This document shows, piece after piece, positions 59,031 through 64,000 of a stretch of 64,000 nt of DNA. The stretch is from Terriglobia bacterium (GTDB taxonomy: Bacteria; Acidobacteriota; Terriglobia; 20CM-2-55-15), in contig CAXWPJ010000009.1 of the NCBI GenBank assembly GCA_963664115.2, positions 800,001 to 864,000 of the forward strand, read 5' to 3'. The translations under genes and the position numbers were made by a program. The notes below the pieces were generated by a model. The model was given only the letters and a program-made list of their open reading frames with translations, did not search any database and was not told where the DNA came from. Every line of letters begins with the position of its first letter. Positions within the stretch are counted from its first letter, which is position 1.

Positions 59031-61511
59031 ATGGCAACAACAACAACCAAGCCGAAGAAGACGGCAAAAAAGACGGCCAAGAAGTCCGCCAATAAGACGA
59101 CGGGAAACAAGTCTCTCGTCATCGTCGAGTCTCCGGCCAAAGCCAATACGATTAAGAAGTATCTGGGCAGCACTTACGTCGTTAAGGCGTCTGTCGGTCA
59201 CGTCAAAGACCTGCCCAAGAGCAAACTCGGTATCGACGTCGAGAATGGCTTCAGGCCTTCCTACGAAGTGATCCCGGGTAAAGAAAAGGTGGTTAAGGAA
59301 CTGAGGGCTGCGGCAAAAAACGTCAGCAAGATCTACCTCGCCGCTGACCACGATCGCGAGGGAGAGGCCATCTGCCAGCATCTCAAAGAACTTCTTGAGA
59401 GCAAGGATAGACAGATCTTTCGCGTTCTGTTCAACGAGATCACGCCCAAAGCTATACGCAGCGCGATGGAGCAACCCACCGAGATTGATTCAAACGTAGT
59501 CAATGCCCAGCAGGCGCGGCGCATTCTCGACCGATTGGTCGGATACCAGGTGAGCCCGCTGCTGTGGGACAAAGTACGCCGCGGAATCTCAGCCGGTCGC
59601 GTTCAGACGGTGACCCTGCGCCTGATTGTCGAAAGAGAACGTGAGATTCGGGATTTCAAGTCGGAAGAATACTGGACGATCGCGGCTCAACTGGAAGGGC
59701 ACGATCCCCCGAAGTTCGAAGCCCGGCTGGTCAAGTACGAAGGGAAGAACATCAAGATCCCCAACGAGGCCGCCTCCGACCACATCGTCACGACGGTTCG
59801 CCAAGCCGGCTTCCGCGTACAATCCGTCGTCAAGAAGGAGAAGAAGCGGCGACCGGTGCCCCCATTCACGACGAGCAAGCTGCAGCAGGATGCCGCAAGA
59901 CGTTTTCGATTCACGGTCAAGAAAACGATGATGCTGGCCCAGAGGCTCTACGAGGGAAAAGAAATCGACGGGCAAGACAGCGTCGGCCTGATCACTTACA
60001 TGCGGACCGACTCCACGCGAATTTCCGGCGAAGCAATGGATGCAGTGCGTCCTTACATTTCGAGCAGTTTCGGGGAGAGTTACCTCCCGGAAAAGCCCAT
60101 CATGTACAAGAGCAAGAAGGACGCGCAGGACGCGCACGAGGCGATTCGCCCGACCTTCGTCGAACATGCACCGGACAAGATCAAGAAGGTACTCACTGAA
60201 GATGAGTACAAACTCTACTGGCTGATCTGGACCCGTTTTGTTGCCTCGCAGATGAACCCGGCAATCTACGACCAGACCACAATCGAAATCGAATCCAAGA
60301 GCTATCTCTTCCGGGCCAACGGGCGCATTCAGAAATTCGACGGGTTCCTGAAGGTGTATGAAGAATCTTCCGACGAGGACAAGAAAACGTCGCCTGAGGA
60401 TGAAAACGTCAGCTTGCCTCCGCTTTCTGAGGGGGAGTCCCTCCGGCTGATTGAACTCGATCCGGTACAGCATTTCACGGAACCACCGCCGCGTTTTACC
60501 GAAGCGGGACTGGTGAAGACTTTGGAAGAAAAGGGCATCGGGCGCCCATCGACTTACGCCGCAATACTGACGACAATCCAGGATCGGGAGTACGCATTGA
60601 AGAAAAAGGCCAAGTTCCGACCCACGGAACTGGGCACAGTCGTCACGGATCAGCTGGTCAAGCATTTCGCGGATATCTTCGACGTCGAATATACGGCCCG
60701 CATGGAAGAGGAACTCGACGCGGTCGAGGACGGCACCTCGACCTGGGTCGAGACCCTGGATGGCTTCTACACGAAGTTCGCGAAGGATCTGACCCAAGCC
60801 ACGGTCAATATGGAGAACATCAAGCGGCAGGAGTTCCCGACTGACGAAGTCTGCGAAAAATGCGGCAAACCCATGGTCATCAAGTGGGGTCAGTTCGGTA
60901 GTTTCATGGCGTGTACCGGGTATCCGGAGTGTTCGAACACGAAAGAAATCAAGGTGGATGACGACGAAGAGGACGGCGAGAAGACGGAAGAAGAAGAGAT
61001 TGAACCCTGCGAAAACTGCGGCAAGCCCATGGCCCTCAAGCGTGGGCGATTCGGACAGTTTCTCGCCTGCACGGGATATCCGGACTGCAAGACCACACGA
61101 AAGATCGGCCCCGGCGAAAACAAACCCAAAGTTCCTGACGTTCCGACCGACGAAGTGTGTCCCGAGTGCAAATCCAACCTGGTGATCAAGGAAGGACGTT
61201 TTGGCCAATTTACGGCGTGCTCCAGCTATCCAAAGTGCAAGTACATCAAGCCCAATCTGATTGGCGTCAAATGTCCGAACGAGGGTTGCGGCGGTGAACT
61301 GAGCGAACGCAAAACGAAGCGAGGCAAAACCTTCTACGGCTGCGTTAACTACCCGAAGTGCGACTTTGTATTGTGGCAACGCCCGATCAGTGAGTCCTGC
61401 CCCAAGTGCAGTGCGCCTTTCATTCTTGAAAAGTCCACCAAGAAGGACGGCACCTTCCGCTACTGCAACGACGAATCCTGCGACTATAAAGAACCTGTCG
61501 AAGCCGCATAA
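59031..61511 (+). CDS. topA: DNA topoisomerase I
   Basis: IVESPAKA, DREGEAI, SAGRVQ, ITYMRTDS, GIGRPSTY; five C-terminal C4 zinc ribbons; Lys-rich N-terminal tail. Confidence 0.98.
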   Translation: MATTTTKPKKTAKKTAKKSANKTTGNKSLVIVESPAKANTIKKYLGSTYVVKASVGHVKDLPKSKLGIDVENGFRPSYEVIPGKEKVVKELRAAAKNVSKIYLAADHDREGEAICQHLKELLESKDRQIFRVLFNEITPKAIRSAMEQPTEIDSNVVNAQQARRILDRLVGYQVSPLLWDKVRRGISAGRVQTVTLRLIVEREREIRDFKSEEYWTIAAQLEGHDPPKFEARLVKYEGKNIKIPNEAASDHIVTTVRQAGFRVQSVVKKEKKRRPVPPFTTSKLQQDAARRFRFTVKKTMMLAQRLYEGKEIDGQDSVGLITYMRTDSTRISGEAMDAVRPYISSSFGESYLPEKPIMYKSKKDAQDAHEAIRPTFVEHAPDKIKKVLTEDEYKLYWLIWTRFVASQMNPAIYDQTTIEIESKSYLFRANGRIQKFDGFLKVYEESSDEDKKTSPEDENVSLPPLSEGESLRLIELDPVQHFTEPPPRFTEAGLVKTLEEKGIGRPSTYAAILTTIQDREYALKKKAKFRPTELGTVVTDQLVKHFADIFDVEYTARMEEELDAVEDGTSTWVETLDGFYTKFAKDLTQATVNMENIKRQEFPTDEVCEKCGKPMVIKWGQFGSFMACTGYPECSNTKEIKVDDDEEDGEKTEEEEIEPCENCGKPMALKRGRFGQFLACTGYPDCKTTRKIGPGENKPKVPDVPTDEVCPECKSNLVIKEGRFGQFTACSSYPKCKYIKPNLIGVKCPNEGCGGELSERKTKRGKTFYGCVNYPKCDFVLWQRPISESCPKCSAPFILEKSTKKDGTFRYCNDESCDYKEPVEAA

Positions 61512-61520
61512 CTTGATTGG

Positions 61521-61642
61521 CCGCGCGGGCGATCCATCCGCTCGTACTGCGTTGTGCTCACTCGGCCATCCTCGACGTATTGGAAATACGCCTGCGGTGG
61601 CCTCCCGTCGCACGCCTTGTCTCAGCGGCGTCTCGACCGCGC
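61521..61642. repeat. Long nested-stem palindromic element downstream of topA
   Basis: gcgcgg/ccgcgc, ccgct/agcgg, gtgc/gcac, ggccat/gtggcc, cgtatt/aatacg. Confidence 0.55.
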
Positions 61643-61712
61643 TACATGTGAGAGAAATTGTTGTCTCCGAGGCAGCTTTTACAGAAGAACTACAGAGGGA
61701 CGCAAAGTTGTT

Positions 61713-61796
61713 TTTCAACACGAAGACACGAAGGTTCCGAAGAATACAGATGATATAGATCTTGCTTCGTTAACCTTCGTGGGCTTCGTGTTGAAA
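61713..61796. repeat. Intergenic palindrome of CACGAAG-type 9-mers
   Basis: Perfect 13-bp inverted ends TTTCAACACGAAG / CTTCGTGTTGAAA. Confidence 0.8.
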
Positions 61797-61831
61797 CTCT
61801 TCTCTTCCTCTTTGGGCGATATAATTCAGAC

Positions 61832-63154
61832 GTGACTACGAACGATAAACCAGAGGTTACGGTTATTGGAGGGGGGCTTTCGGGGTCTGAGGCGGCGTGG
61901 CAGATTGCGCGGGGCGGGGGGCATGCGCATCTTTATGAGATGCGGCCTGTTGAGACGACGCCGGCGCATAAGACGGAGGGGCTCGCGGAGGTTGTCTGTA
62001 GCAACTCTTTCAAATCAGACCAGCCATACAACGCATCCTGGTTGCTGAAACAGGAACTGCGCCACTGCGGCTCTCTGCTCCTCCAGATCGCCGACCAGGA
62101 ACGCGTGCCGGCTGGCGGGGCCTTGGCTGTGGATCGGGCGCGGTTCTCCGAATCGGTAACCGAGGCTGTCGCCTCCAATGCCAACATCACGCTACACCGC
62201 GAAGAAGTGAAGGAAATTCCGGACACGGGTACCGTGATCGTCGCCAGCGGACCGCTGACATCTCCGTCGCTGTCGGAATCGATACGGGCCTTCTGCGGTA
62301 GCGAACATCTTTATTTCTACGATGCGATATCACCGATCGTCGATGCGACTTCGATCGATAGCACGAAAGTCTTCGCCCGGTCCCGGTATGACCGTGGGGA
62401 CGGAGACTATTTGAACTGCCCTATGGACAGAGCCGAATACATCCGTTTCTATGAGGCCCTCACCCAGGCTGAGGCCGTGGAACTTCATGCTTTCGAGGAA
62501 ACCCGTTTTTTTGAGGCCTGTCTTCCAATAGAAGAAATGGCGCGGCGTGGGCTCGACACCTTGCGCTTTGGCCCGATGAAACCGGTTGGCCTGGAAGATC
62601 CAAAGACGGGTCGCATACCCTACGCAGTGGTCCAACTCCGCCAGGAAGACCTGATGCACACCAGCTACAACATCGTCGGTTTTCAGAACCACCTGAAGTT
62701 TCCAGATCAACAACGGATCCTCAGATTGATTCCCGGCCTCGAGAATGCCCACTTTCTTCGCTTGGGGCAGATTCATCGGAATACCTACATTAATGCGCCG
62801 GATATTCTCAATGCCACGATGAGTGCGAAACAGGATGCGCGTGTGTTCTTCGCGGGACAGCTCGCGGGAACAGAGGGTTATATCGAAAATATTGCAACCG
62901 GGCTTGTGGCAGGCATCAACGCTTTACGCCTCGGACGTGGGGAAACTGCCTGGGTTCCTCCTGTAGAGACGGCCATAGGGTCTCTTTGCCGATACGTATC
63001 GACGCCCCAAAAGCACTTCGCGCCGATGAACATCAACTTCGGCCTGATTCCACCCGTCTCCGCCATGGGCCTTAAGAGACCCGGCAAGAAAGACAGACAA
63101 CGTCTAATTGCGGAACGGGCGATGGAAAGGCTGCGTGAATGTCAGCTCGCGTAA
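61832..63154 (+). CDS. trmFO: Folate/FAD-dependent tRNA U54 methyltransferase
   Basis: IGGGLSGSEAAWQ, EVVCSNS, ALAVDR, FYDAISP, FGPMKPVGL, HRNTYIN. Confidence 0.96.
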   Translation: MTTNDKPEVTVIGGGLSGSEAAWQIARGGGHAHLYEMRPVETTPAHKTEGLAEVVCSNSFKSDQPYNASWLLKQELRHCGSLLLQIADQERVPAGGALAVDRARFSESVTEAVASNANITLHREEVKEIPDTGTVIVASGPLTSPSLSESIRAFCGSEHLYFYDAISPIVDATSIDSTKVFARSRYDRGDGDYLNCPMDRAEYIRFYEALTQAEAVELHAFEETRFFEACLPIEEMARRGLDTLRFGPMKPVGLEDPKTGRIPYAVVQLRQEDLMHTSYNIVGFQNHLKFPDQQRILRLIPGLENAHFLRLGQIHRNTYINAPDILNATMSAKQDARVFFAGQLAGTEGYIENIATGLVAGINALRLGRGETAWVPPVETAIGSLCRYVSTPQKHFAPMNINFGLIPPVSAMGLKRPGKKDRQRLIAERAMERLRECQLA

Positions 63155-63290
63155 ACGTCGGTGGTTTCGGTGTTCGACCGTGGATTTCTGTTCGGACGGT
63201 GGGTGATGGAAAGCGTGGCTCGGTGACGAGATGTCCCGCTCAAGACTATCGCAGGGGGGCCAGGACCCTCGGCAACGAAAGCTAATTAAA

Positions 63291-64000
63291 GTGATCGACC
63301 GCGAAACAAAAGAGTTCCTCGAATCTCTCAAACAGCGGGCAGCGTCTCCACATACGGTATCCAACTATCAACGGGATCTTCGCCGATTCGCCGGATTCAT
63401 CGAATCGCGCAAGACTCCTCTGGAAGCCGTCGACCATATTTTGATCCGTGACTTCCTAAATTCGCTCTACCTGGATGGGCTGGCCAAGAGTTCGGTTTCG
63501 CGAATCCTGTCATCGGTCCGGTCTTTCTTCAAGTTCATGGTTCGCCGGGGACAACTCCCGCGCAATCCGGGAGAGTTGGTCTCCTCTCCCAAGATTCCGC
63601 GCAAACTTCCTTCGAAGCTCTCGGAACTCGAGGCCCAGAATCTGATGGAACTCAGAGGGGAACCCACGCTCGGGAACCTGAGGGACCATGCCATCCTGGA
63701 GTTGCTCTATGCCAGTGGCTTGAGGGTGAGCGAGTTGGTCGGACTCAACGAAGCGGATGTGGACATGTCCGAGCGCGTTGTGCGGGTGCTGGGGAAAGGC
63801 CAGAAGGAAAGAATCGTCCCCTTTGGCCAGTTTGCAGCTCAGGCGCTCGAAGCCTACGGTATCGAACGGGCGCTCAAGGGAAAGACGCGACGGGACGATA
63901 ATGGCAACTTGCCTGTTTTCATCAATATAAGAGGGTCACGTCTGAGCTCGCGTTCCGTGGAACGCCTGCTGGAACACTACCGCAGTGACCTGCCGCCGGG
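63291..64000 (+). CDS. xerC: Tyrosine recombinase XerC/D, partial (runs off the right edge; not in the ORF track)
   Basis: Manual translation from GTG 63291: ...SPHTVSNYQRDL...RDHAILELLYASGLRVSELVGL...VRVLGKGQKERIVPFG; dprA-topA-trmFO-xerC synteny. Confidence 0.9.
   Translation, partial: MIDRETKEFLESLKQRAASPHTVSNYQRDLRRFAGFIESRKTPLEAVDHILIRDFLNSLYLDGLAKSSVSRILSSVRSFFKFMVRRGQLPRNPGELVSSPKIPRKLPSKLSELEAQNLMELRGEPTLGNLRDHAILELLYASGLRVSELVGLNEADVDMSERVVRVLGKGQKERIVPFGQFAAQALEAYGIERALKGKTRRDDNGNLPVFINIRGSRLSSRSVERLLEHYRSDLPP

Noticed and set aside
59589-61721. Long antisense ORFs (710 aa opposite topA; also 2714-3754, 15734-16672, 22725-23846, 28624-29583, 41234-42193)
   Set aside because: Shadow ORFs on the reverse strand of GC-rich genes; no motifs or start signals

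Overview
GC-rich (roughly 55-60%) chromosomal segment, most likely from an Acidobacteriota bacterium; this is inferred from gene content (DUF6152 cluster, paired MacB-type permeases, carboxypeptidase-regulatory-domain protein, acidobacterial-type DHH protein). Most genes are housekeeping: tal, hslVU, plsC-folC-accD-gltX, tex, hemE-hemH-hemY-lpxD-fbp, a pur operon with tyrS and pdxJ, rlmN, a DEAD-box helicase, and dprA-topA-trmFO-xerC. There is one intact IS630 element. No rRNA, tRNA or CRISPR array was seen. The notable signals are: (1) an exact 38-nt internal piece of the IS630 transposase gene sitting inside a HEAT-repeat gene 14 kb away, frameshifting it and flanked by a 9-bp direct repeat; (2) a three-copy, about 200-nt multi-hairpin element with compensatory substitutions and GGA/UCC loops, always just 3' of a gene in the same orientation; (3) a stand-alone PilB/GspE ATPase with a cNMP-binding domain where the c-di-GMP-binding MshEN helices usually are; (4) a secreted DUF6152 protein with a predicted mature His-His N-terminus plus two paralogous partners; (5) several other families of intergenic palindromes and many apparently leaderless genes.
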